The translations under genes were made by a program, and so were the position numbers. Positions 1-8,755 of a stretch of 64,000 nucleotides of DNA are shown in pieces. Source of the DNA: Alphaproteobacteria bacterium (GTDB lineage Bacteria > Pseudomonadota > Alphaproteobacteria > MPNO01 > UBA830); NCBI GenBank assembly GCA_965243135.1, contig OZ251539.1:928001-992000 (forward strand), written 5' to 3'. Within the stretch, counting starts at the first letter, position 1. Each line of letters starts with the position of its first letter. The notes under the pieces were generated by a model. It was given only the letters and a program-made list of their open reading frames with translations. It had not been told where the DNA came from and made no database searches.

Positions 1-59
1 TGATCGAGTTCGGCCGGGAGGAGCGCAACATCGTCGGGTTCGAATTCGAGACCGCCTGA
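1..59 (+). CDS. 3' end of AAA-ATPase/PD-(D/E)XK nuclease family gene (copy 1, cut by window edge, possibly pseudogene)
   Basis: Encodes IEFGREERNIVGFEFETA*, near-identical to the C-terminus of 1311..2849. It carries the same 6-nt deletion (LIGIEF to LIEF) as the decayed copy at 14040. Confidence 0.85.
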   Translation, partial: IEFGREERNIVGFEFETA

Positions 60-159
60 AGCCGGGAGCCGTCCCGTTCGGACGCAGGCGGCGCCTCCTT
101 GGTCTGGAAGCGTTCTAAACAGGGTACATGGACCGGACACACCGACATGTTAATGGAGC

Positions 160-280
160 CGTGTGCGCTGTCCGCAACGCCTTGGAATGCGGACAGCTTT
201 CAGGAGTACCTAATTTTTTCCTCGGGTACGGAAAACTGCGAATTCTCCGCGCCGGAACCGCGATTTTCGCAGATTCCACC
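160..280 (-). repeat. Dispersed intergenic repeat family R-A (copy 1)
   Basis: Core AATTCGC(A/G)GTTTTCCG at 229-244 (minus) matches 34283-34298 and 40574-40589, with looser similarity over about 120 bp. Confidence 0.65.
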
Positions 281-1275
281 CCTCGGCCGGCCGGGCGACG
301 CCCCTGGCCGCCTGCGTTCAGGCCACGGCCCGGCTTGCACCGGATTTGCGGCGCAGCAACACTCGCCTTTGCTGTGTAACTACCCCGAGCTGCCGGCCAC
401 CCGTGAACCATTCCGCGAGATTTTTTCGCGGCGGCGTTTGCCGTTCGGGAGGAGCGTGACGCTGAGGGCTGCCAGCCCTGTCTTCACGCCGCGACGCCCG
501 AACGCGGAACGGTTATGTCGGCACATGATAGCGGCGCGAGGCCGGGAGAACCATACCCAAAGTTACATGCTACGGGGTGAGCAGGCTCCGATCATGAGAG
601 AGTTTGTCATGCTGTCCGCCGCTCCCGGAAGTCTCGCGCACCGAGCATGGAGCGCCGGAGCGCGGCGTCCGCGCCCCGAACGGTCCACCGCCGCCGACCG
701 GTTGCCGACCGTCCTTTTGCAACCGGCCTCGACGCCGCCGGAGGACACGCCGGATAGCATTTCCCGCTAAGGCGGCCGCATGTCCAGAAGGTGCGCCGAG
801 AAGGCGAAATTACCAATGGACAAGCCGCCGCGACATAAGAAAGTCCCTCAGGCAAATCGCACTACCCAGAAAAATCTACGAAAAATTTTTCTGAAATCCC
901 ATATTTTCCAAGGGCCTTAGCGGGAATTGCTGCACGCCGGAGGACAAACCCTGTGCGCGGAACTTTGCGTATGCGCGAGCGGGATAGCCTGCAACGCCGC
1001 GCTTGCGGAGAACGGCCTCGTCGACCCGACCGTTTTCAAGGGCGCCGCACCGCTTTCTCGCCGACGCCTCCGCAAGTTCCCCGCGCCTTCGCCAAGGTGC
1101 CGTTTCGCACAGGTCGACGGACGGCGTCGGGGAACGGTTCGTCGGCGAGGTTCCCGGAGATCTCCCCAGGACTACGCGTCGCCCGGCGTCGCGACAGCGG
1201 CGATGGCGCGTTTCTCGCTCGACCCGTTGAGCGAAAGGCGAATCTCAAGAAATTGACGCGCACCCGGCGCTCTCC

Positions 1276-1310
1276 TTGACGGTTCCGGCATGGCGGCCTA
1301 CTCTCGCCGG
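1276..1310 (+). promoter_or_regulatory. Sigma70-type promoter, probably leaderless, for AAA-nuclease copy 2
   Basis: TTGACG (1276-1281), 17 bp, TACTCT (1299-1304), 6 nt, ATG (1311). No Shine-Dalgarno. The layout is conserved at other copies. Confidence 0.7.
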
Positions 1311-2849
1311 ATGGCGAAACGCATGCTTCCGATCGGCTTTTCCTCCCTCCGGGAGATCCGGGGGATGGACTGCTACTACGTCGACAAGACGGAGCATGCG
1401 CGCCGCCTCGTCGAGAGGGGCAAGTACTATTTCCTGTCGCGTCCGCGCCGGTTCGGCAAGACCCTGCTGGTGGACACGCTGCAGGAGCTGTTCGAGGGAA
1501 GCGAAGAACTGTTCCGGGGCCTCGCCGTGCACGACGGGTGGGACTGGTCGGGACGCCATCCGGTCGTGCGGATCAGCTTCGGCGGGGGCAATTTCGACTC
1601 CCCGGATCTCGTTCGGAGAAACGTGGAACGGCAGCTGGCGGCGACGGAGAGGCGCGCTGGCCTCGAACCGGGCTCCGACGAGGCGTCGAACCGTTTCGGG
1701 GAATTGATCGAAGCCTTGCACGAGCGCACCGGGCAGCGGGCGGTCGTTCTGGTGGACGAATACGACAAGCCGATCCTGGACGCGCTCGGCGACCGGGAAC
1801 TGGCGCTGGCCAACCGCGACTTCCTGCGCGGCTTCTACGCGATGATCAAGGACAACGACAAGCATCTCCGTTTCGTTTTCCTGACGGGGGTAAGCAAGTT
1901 CTCGCAGGCGGGCCTGTTCTCGGGCCTGAACAACCTGCGCGACATCACGCTGGCGCCGGAGTTCTCGGACATTTGCGGCTACACGGACGACGAACTGGAC
2001 GCGGTCTTCGCCTCCGAACTCGAGGGCCTGGACCGGGACAAGATCCGCCGCTGGTACAACGGCTACAACTGGCGCGGGCCGGAGAGGCTCTACAATCCGT
2101 TCGGCATCCTGCTGCTGCTCGCCGAGCGCAGGTTCGGCAACTACTGGTTCTTGAGCGGCACGCCGACCTTCCTGGTCGAGACGCTGTCGCGGCGCCAGGT
2201 CTCGGCGCCGGCCCTGGAGGGCATGTTCGCGGACGACGACCTGCTGTCGGCGATCGACGTCGACCGCATCCCCGTCGAGGCTTTGCTGTTCCAGACCGGC
2301 TACCTGACCATCGCCGGCGAAGAACCGGACGAGGACGCGCCCCTCTACCGGCTGGACTACCCGAACCATGAGGTGAAGCGCAGCCTGAACGCGCTCCTGC
2401 TGGAGGCGATGGCGCCGGACGTCGCGGTCGCGGCGGAGAGCCGGGAGTTGCGCCGCCTGATGAGGACGAACGACTTCGCGGGACTCGAGCGGCGGTTCCG
2501 GGCGTTCCTGGCGAGCATCCCGAACGAGTGGTACGCGAACACGGGCATGGCGGGGGCCCACTACGCGAGCGTGTTCTACTCGCACTTCGCGGCGGCGGGG
2601 ATGGACGTCCGCGCGGAGGAGAGCACGGCGCGCGGCCGCTCGGACCTGGCGGTTCTGCACGGCGGCGGCGTCTACCTGTTCGAGTTCAAGGTCGCGGACG
2701 GGAAGCCGGAAGGCCGGGCGCTGGCGCAGATACGGGAACGCGGCTACGCGGACAAGTACCGGCGTCCGGGCGTGCCGATCCACCTGATCGGCATCGAGTT
2801 CGGCCGGGAGGAGCGCAACATCGTCGGGTTCGAGTTCGAGACCGTCTAA
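1311..2849 (+). CDS. AAA-ATPase-like domain plus C-terminal PD-(D/E)XK nuclease (PDDEXK_9/DUF1703-type), copy 2, open
   Basis: YYVDKT, Walker A RPRRFGKT, Walker B VVLVDEYDKP, YNGY, LLFQTGYLTI, nuclease motif GRSD...LFEFK, ALAQIRERGY. Confidence 0.92.
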   Translation: MAKRMLPIGFSSLREIRGMDCYYVDKTEHARRLVERGKYYFLSRPRRFGKTLLVDTLQELFEGSEELFRGLAVHDGWDWSGRHPVVRISFGGGNFDSPDLVRRNVERQLAATERRAGLEPGSDEASNRFGELIEALHERTGQRAVVLVDEYDKPILDALGDRELALANRDFLRGFYAMIKDNDKHLRFVFLTGVSKFSQAGLFSGLNNLRDITLAPEFSDICGYTDDELDAVFASELEGLDRDKIRRWYNGYNWRGPERLYNPFGILLLLAERRFGNYWFLSGTPTFLVETLSRRQVSAPALEGMFADDDLLSAIDVDRIPVEALLFQTGYLTIAGEEPDEDAPLYRLDYPNHEVKRSLNALLLEAMAPDVAVAAESRELRRLMRTNDFAGLERRFRAFLASIPNEWYANTGMAGAHYASVFYSHFAAAGMDVRAEESTARGRSDLAVLHGGGVYLFEFKVADGKPEGRALAQIRERGYADKYRRPGVPIHLIGIEFGREERNIVGFEFETV

Positions 2850-2964
2850 TACCAATCCCACAATTAAATGACTTGTTTTTGCGGGGTTTGCAGTAGCCCG
2901 TTCTCGTTGCACATAAACGAGTACATTCATTCGTTATACAGGTCACTTAATAGTAGGTTTGGTA
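2850..2964. mobile_element. 115-bp AT-rich MITE inserted at the stop codon of copy 2
   Basis: 27-bp imperfect terminal inverted repeats (TACCAATCCCACAATTAAATGACTTGT vs TACCAAACCTACTATTAAGTGACCTGT, 22/27) flanked by TAA at 2847-2849 and 2965-2967. The equivalent empty site is visible at 51-66. Confidence 0.85.
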
Positions 2965-3343
2965 TAAAGCCGGGAGCCGTCCCGTTCGGACGTTTCGGCA
3001 GGCGGCACCTCCGCGAAAGGCGCGGGCGGACCGCGCCGCTGGTCGCCATGCCCTTCGTCGGGAACGGCCGTTGTTTCCGCCGGGTCGCCGCCTTGCGCGC
3101 CGGCCGCCCGACGGGACGCATCAGCGCGGGAACTCCGGGCCGACGTTCGGCTGGCGGACTCCGCCCTGGAAGCGTTCTAAACAGGGTACATGGACCGGAC
3201 ATATCGTCCGTTACTGACAGGTCGCGCGCCGGATCTTGCCGGATTCGGAAAAAAGAGTATCATCGGCGCCATCCTTTCCCGGCGCGGGGAAGCTTCGGTA
3301 CGTTTCCGTTCGGTGCGGAACGTCATGCATGGAGGGTGTTTCC

Positions 3344-4759
3344 TTGGATACTCATCAGATAGTCGCGCAGGACACGGGCCCGGCCGGCGAGCAAGCGGCG
3401 GGACCGATCCCGCAAACCGACAGGTATCGGGCGCTGACGTCAAGGCATTTCGGCGATATTCCCCAGCTGGAGAAAATTCCGGGCGACGACCGCTTCGCAA
3501 TGCAGGTGGTGAGCAGCGTGTTGCCATTCCGCTCCAACCGGTACGTGATCGACAACCTTATCGACTGGGACCGCGTGCCGGACGATCCGATCTATCAGAT
3601 GACCTTCCCGCAGGCGGGCATGCTGGAGGATTCGGAATTCGGACGGGTCGCGGACCTCATGCGCAACGATGCGCCGAAGAACGACTTCGAGGCCGCGGTC
3701 TTCGACATCAGGGAAAAGCTCAACCCGCATCCCGCAGGGCAGCGCGAACTGAACATCCCCAAGGTCGGAAACGAGATTTTGGAAGGGCTTCAGCACAAGT
3801 ACCGCGAGACGGTGCTGTTCTTCCCGAGTCAAGGGCAGACCTGCCACGCCTATTGCTCCTTCTGTTTCCGCTGGGCCCAGTTCGTCGGCGAGAAGGATCT
3901 CAAGATCTCCGCCCGCGAGGCCAGCGGACTGCACCGTTACCTTGCCGAGCATCCGGACGTCACCGATCTTCTGGTCACCGGCGGCGATCCGATGGTGATG
4001 AAGACGAGTTCGATGGCCCGGTTCCTGGAGCCGATCATCGAACAGCCGGAATTGTCCCATATCCGCGATATCCGCATCGGCACGAAGGCTCTGACGTTCT
4101 GGCCGAACCGCTTCGTCGGCGACGACGATGCCGACGACATGCTGCGGTTGCTGGAACGGATCGTCGGATCCGGGCGGCACGTCGCCATCATGGCCCATTT
4201 CAATCACTGGCGGGAACTGGAAACCGACGTGGTGCGCGAGGCCATTCGGCGGTTGCGCGATACCGGCGCGATCATCCGTTGCCAGGGGCCTGTCCTCGCC
4301 CACATCAACGATTCCCCGGACGTCTGGAGCCGCATGTGGCAGGAGCAGGTCCGGCTGGGCATGATTCCCTATTACATGTTCGTGGAACGCGACACGGGCG
4401 CCCGGAACTACTTCGAACTTCCCCTGGCCAGAACGTGGGAGGTTTTCCACGGCGCGGTTCGAAGCGTATCCGGGCTGGCCCGCACGGTTCGCGGGCCGAG
4501 CATGAGCGCCACGCCGGGCAAGGTCGAGGTTTTGGGAACGCAGGAACTTAACGGCGAGAAGGTTTTCGTGCTGCGATTCCTGCAGGGCCGCAATCCCGAG
4601 TGGGTCGGGCGTCCCTTCTTCGCCGCGTTCGACGGCAAGGCGACCTGGCTCAATCATCTGAAGCCGGCCTTCGGAGAAAAGCGCTTCTTCTTCGAAGACG
4701 AGCTCGACGCCATGACCGGAGGAGCGTCGATTCCCGTCGGCACGAGCAGGCCTCACTGA
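3344..4759 (+). CDS. KamA-family radical SAM protein (lysine 2,3-aminomutase-like)
   Basis: GLQHKYRETVL, CxxxCxxC (CHAYCSFC), LVTGGDP, RIGTK, HFNH, PYYMF, SATPGK. TTG start chosen after GGAGG; ATG at 3329 is an alternative. Confidence 0.88.
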   Translation: MDTHQIVAQDTGPAGEQAAGPIPQTDRYRALTSRHFGDIPQLEKIPGDDRFAMQVVSSVLPFRSNRYVIDNLIDWDRVPDDPIYQMTFPQAGMLEDSEFGRVADLMRNDAPKNDFEAAVFDIREKLNPHPAGQRELNIPKVGNEILEGLQHKYRETVLFFPSQGQTCHAYCSFCFRWAQFVGEKDLKISAREASGLHRYLAEHPDVTDLLVTGGDPMVMKTSSMARFLEPIIEQPELSHIRDIRIGTKALTFWPNRFVGDDDADDMLRLLERIVGSGRHVAIMAHFNHWRELETDVVREAIRRLRDTGAIIRCQGPVLAHINDSPDVWSRMWQEQVRLGMIPYYMFVERDTGARNYFELPLARTWEVFHGAVRSVSGLARTVRGPSMSATPGKVEVLGTQELNGEKVFVLRFLQGRNPEWVGRPFFAAFDGKATWLNHLKPAFGEKRFFFEDELDAMTGGASIPVGTSRPH

Positions 4760-4919
4760 GGGGCCGGGCGTTTCGTCCCGAAAACCCGGCGGCGCGGCGA
4801 ACGCTTCGCCGCCGGGCCGAATCCCTGACCGGCCGGCGCGAGGTTCGCCTGCGACCGGAATTGCAGGAAGGTAGACTTTTCCGGCGGGCAAGGGCGGCGA
4901 CTTGCCCGCGCCGGCCAGG

Positions 4920-5804
4920 ATGACGGCCGCCGCGCCCGACCGGCACGCTCCGGCGGCGGGCATGCTTTGGATGCTGATGGCGGCGCTATGCTTTTCGGCA
5001 TCCTTCACGCTGGTCAAGGCGCTTCAGGACTTCGGAATGACCGTGTTTCAGGCGGTGCTGATCCGCCAGACGCTGGGGCTCGCCGTTCTGTCGCCGCTGT
5101 TGATCCGGCGATGGCCGGAGCCGTTCCGCACCGAGGTGAGAGCGCGCCACTGCGCCCGCGCGTTTCTCGGCTTCGCCGGCATGTGTTCCGCCTACTACTC
5201 GCTGTCGCTGATCAACCTCGCCGATTCGGTGGCGCTTCAGTTCACGCTGCCGTTCTTCACGATGGCCTTCGCGATCTGGATCCTCGGGGAACGTCCGAGG
5301 GCGCACAGGACGATCGCGACCGCGATCGGTTTCGGCGGCGTTCTGATCATCGTCCGGCCGGGCTTCGCCGAATTCAATCACGGCATCCTCTTCGCGCTCG
5401 CCGGCGCCGCCTGCTACGCCGCGTCGGACGTCAACGCCCGCCGCCTGGCGCGGCACGACCCGTTGTCCACCATCATGGCGTGGAACTTCCTGCTGACCAT
5501 TCCGCTCTCGGCGGTTCCGGCGGCCGTGTGGTGGGTCCCGCCGCCGGCGGACGCCCTCTGGACGATGCTGGGCTTCGCCGCGACGGGCGTCGGCGCGCAG
5601 TTCTGCCTCACCAGATCCTTCGGGCTGGCCGAGGCGGGGCTCGTCTCGCCGGTCCTGTTCCTGCGCCTGCCGATCGTCGCGGCCGCCGGCTGGCTCGTCT
5701 ACGGCCAGCAGACGGGAATCTGGACATGGATCGGCGCATCCATCATTTTCGCGGCGACGATCTGGATGGCCCGCGCCGAGACCGGCGGGCGTGGAAAACG
5801 CTGA
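4920..5804 (+). CDS. DMT/EamA family transporter
   Basis: About 10 hydrophobic helices, GFGGVLIIVRPG motif, ILGER. Confidence 0.9.
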   Translation: MTAAAPDRHAPAAGMLWMLMAALCFSASFTLVKALQDFGMTVFQAVLIRQTLGLAVLSPLLIRRWPEPFRTEVRARHCARAFLGFAGMCSAYYSLSLINLADSVALQFTLPFFTMAFAIWILGERPRAHRTIATAIGFGGVLIIVRPGFAEFNHGILFALAGAACYAASDVNARRLARHDPLSTIMAWNFLLTIPLSAVPAAVWWVPPPADALWTMLGFAATGVGAQFCLTRSFGLAEAGLVSPVLFLRLPIVAAAGWLVYGQQTGIWTWIGASIIFAATIWMARAETGGRGKR

Positions 5805-6991
5805 TGGAAGAATCGGCCTGGGGCGAGGCGACCCGCGCCGCCCTCGTGGAGAAGGCGCGGTCGTTCGTCGAACCGTTTCGCGGGCGCGCGGGAGAAGCCG
5901 AAAAGAACGGCAGGCTGCACCTCGAGACGCACGAGGCGATGCGCGACGCGGGCTTCTACCGGCTCCAGATGCCGGCGCGTTACGGCGGTTTCGAGATGGA
6001 CCACAGGGGCATGCTCGACATTTCCGTCGAACTCGGACGCGCTTGCGGATCGGCGGCCTGGGTTTTCTCCAACATCGCCGCGCAGAACGGCATCGTCGCC
6101 ATGGCCTCGCGGGAGCTTCAGGACGAGGTCTGGGGCGAGGACGGCGACGTCTGCACGGCTTCGTCCTACCCGGCGAAGGGCGGCCGGGTGCGCAGGGCGG
6201 CGGGCGGGCTCGTCGCCGACGGCGTCTGGAGTTTCGCCTCGGGCGTGGACTGGGCCGAATGGAACAACCTGCAGACGTTCGTGCCGCAGGACAACGGGCC
6301 GCCGCAGCATCACATGGCGCTCGTTCCGCGGTCGGACTACACGATCGTCCGGGATTGGGCTTCGCCGGGACTCGTCGCGACCGGTTCGCATTCCATCGTT
6401 CTCGACAACGCGTTCATTCCCGATCACCGGACGCTGAACACCGCCGAAGCGCGGGCGGGGCGGACGATCGAAGCGTCGGGCAATTTCGGCCCGATTTTCC
6501 GCGTTCCGCCGATGTGCGGCGCGAACAAGATCTTCTCCGGCCCCGTGGTCGGCATGGCGCGCGGCGCGCTGGACGCGATCGAGAGGGAGCTCGCGGGCCG
6601 GAACAGCGTCGCCGGCGTTCCGATGGCGGCGCTGACGACGGCTCAGATGCGGGTCGCCGAGGCCGGGGCGTTGATCGACGCGGCCTGGGCGCTGCAGCAG
6701 CGCGACTGCGACGCCGCTCTCGAAATCGGCGAGGCCGGGCGGCTGACCACGGTCGAGGACCGGGCCGTCTGGCGCCGCAACAACGCCTATGCGGGGGTGA
6801 TGTGCGTAAAGGCGGTCCAGTTGCTGTATCCGCTCATCGGCGCCCGCGGCCTCGCGCCCGACAGCGATTTCTTGCGCGCCTTTCGGGACATTCACGCGGC
6901 GACGATGCAGATCAACATGTCCTGGGATCGGCAGGCGGTGTCCGCGGGCCAGATTCAGCTCGGCCTCGAGCCGGACGATCCGCGGATTTGA
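5804..6991 (+). CDS. Acyl-CoA dehydrogenase-fold flavin-dependent monooxygenase (HsaA/C2-type)
   Basis: PARYGG, GRACGSAAW, GVWSFASG, DW...GLVATGS, RAFRDIH. TGATG overlap with the upstream gene. Confidence 0.88.
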   Translation: MEESAWGEATRAALVEKARSFVEPFRGRAGEAEKNGRLHLETHEAMRDAGFYRLQMPARYGGFEMDHRGMLDISVELGRACGSAAWVFSNIAAQNGIVAMASRELQDEVWGEDGDVCTASSYPAKGGRVRRAAGGLVADGVWSFASGVDWAEWNNLQTFVPQDNGPPQHHMALVPRSDYTIVRDWASPGLVATGSHSIVLDNAFIPDHRTLNTAEARAGRTIEASGNFGPIFRVPPMCGANKIFSGPVVGMARGALDAIERELAGRNSVAGVPMAALTTAQMRVAEAGALIDAAWALQQRDCDAALEIGEAGRLTTVEDRAVWRRNNAYAGVMCVKAVQLLYPLIGARGLAPDSDFLRAFRDIHAATMQINMSWDRQAVSAGQIQLGLEPDDPRI

Positions 6992-6995
6992 CGGG

Positions 6996-8171
6996 ATGAA
7001 AACGCCGGAGACCCGGGAAGGCATGATCGGCCGCGCCCGCGGCATGGTCCCGGCGCTGCTGGACCGGGCGGGCAGGGCGGAGCGGGATCGGGCCATTCCC
7101 CGCGAGACTTTCGAGGAGATGGCCGAAGCCGGTTTTTTCCGCGTTCACCAGCCCCGGCGTTTCGGAGGATTCGGCTGGGAGCCGGGCATGATGGTGCGCA
7201 TCGGCGCCGAGCTCGGCCAGGGGTGCGGATCGAGCAGCTGGATCTTCAGCAATCTGGCCGTTCAGAGCTGGATCCTCGGCATGAGCGAACCGCAAGCGCA
7301 GGAAGACGTATGGGGCGGCAATCCGCTCGCCCTCGTCGCGTCGTCGTTTCCCGTGAAGGGCGGAACGGCGCGGCGCGCGAAGGGAGGCATCGTCGCCGAC
7401 GGGCTTTGGAGCTTTTCGTCCGGCGTGGATTTCTCGGACTGGAACAACATCCAGGTTTTCCTGCCTTCAGGCGACGCTCCGCCGGAGCATCATTTCGCGC
7501 TCGTGCCGCGTTCCGACTACGAGGTCGTCGACGACTGGCATTCGCACGGCCTCGCCGGAACGGGCTCGCGGAGCATCCGGCTCGACGACGTATTCATTCC
7601 CGAGCATCGCGCGACGCATTCGACGCGGCTGATGGGCGGGCCGTCTCCCGGCAGCGCCGCCGACCCTTCCGCCTTGTACCGCGTTCCGCCGCTCACGCTG
7701 GGGACCAAGGTCTTCTCGTCTCCGGCTCTGGGAATCGCCAAGGGCGCACTGCGGCTGGTGGAGGACGAAGTTTCCGGCCGCGCCACCGTGGGCGGCACGG
7801 CGATGGCCGAGTTGCCCACGGCGCAAGTCCGGGTATCGGAGGCGGGCGCGGAGATCGACGCCGCCGAGGCGCTGCTGTTGAAGGACTGCAGCGACGCGAC
7901 GGCGATGGCAGAAGCCGGAGGGGCGCCGACAGCAGGCGACCGCGCGCGCTGGCGGCGCAACAACGCGTTCGCGATGCAGCTTTGCCTGCGCGCGGTGGAG
8001 CGTTTGCATCCGCTGGTGGGCGCGCGCGGACTCGCGCCCGGCAATCACTTCCTGCGGATGTTCGTCGACGCGCATGCGGCCTCCCTGCAGATCACGGTCG
8101 CGTGGGATATCCAGGCGGTCAACGCCGGGCGCGTCCGGTTCGGTCTGCCCTCGCTCGATCCGCGGGTTTGA
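6996..8171 (+). CDS. Second acyl-CoA dehydrogenase-fold flavin-dependent monooxygenase (tandem paralog)
   Basis: PRRFGG, GCGSSSW, GLWSFSSG, DDW...GLAGTGS. Colinear with the preceding protein, and both end in DPR(I/V). Confidence 0.88.
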   Translation: MKTPETREGMIGRARGMVPALLDRAGRAERDRAIPRETFEEMAEAGFFRVHQPRRFGGFGWEPGMMVRIGAELGQGCGSSSWIFSNLAVQSWILGMSEPQAQEDVWGGNPLALVASSFPVKGGTARRAKGGIVADGLWSFSSGVDFSDWNNIQVFLPSGDAPPEHHFALVPRSDYEVVDDWHSHGLAGTGSRSIRLDDVFIPEHRATHSTRLMGGPSPGSAADPSALYRVPPLTLGTKVFSSPALGIAKGALRLVEDEVSGRATVGGTAMAELPTAQVRVSEAGAEIDAAEALLLKDCSDATAMAEAGGAPTAGDRARWRRNNAFAMQLCLRAVERLHPLVGARGLAPGNHFLRMFVDAHAASLQITVAWDIQAVNAGRVRFGLPSLDPRV

Positions 8172-8755
8172 CGGCTCGACCATGCGATGCCCAAGTTTGC
8201 GTACTGCCCTTTGCGCTTCCAGTGGCGCGGCCGGGAGTTCAGCGGCGCATGCCTTTGCGCTCAGGAACGGACGGCAAGCGCGGATTTTCCGCTTTCGCGG
8301 GTTCCGGCCGTACGGTACGGTTTGTTCCGAAGTTACCCTGCATATCGCGGTAATTCGGCGTGGAGGGTCAACCTGGAGGAACGCTTGTCGGCGTAAAGAA
8401 CGAAGATCGAGAGTTCCGCGAGTATATTTTCACCCATCTTCAGCAACTTTGAGACTGTGGGCGAGGCGGCCAAAGCTCTCGAATTCGTAGTTGAAGTTGC
8501 TCGAGGGTATGGATTCTTTTCCGTCCGGATGACCGTTTTCAAAAACAGCGCCGAGGTAAAGCAGGTTTCGATCGACGCGTTTCCGGGCGCCGCCGCCGTG
8601 CGCGAGCGACGCGGCCGGCGCAGGCCGCAACGCCCGGAACGGCGTCCGGAAAACCGCCGGGCGCGGGCGGCCTTCCGCTGGTCCTGTCACGGAAAGCGGC
8701 GGGCGCCGCCGGCCGTTCGGGAATCCGCACGGTGGGACCGGCCCGCCGCCGGTCT

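Noticed and set aside
280-1270. Short ORFs between nuclease copies 1 and 2
   Set aside because: No recognisable motifs or convincing codon bias. Treated as intergenic or decayed DNA.
4786-4815. GC hairpin after the KamA-like gene as an intrinsic terminator
   Set aside because: A stem (CGGCGAA/TTCGCCG) is present but there is no U-tract.
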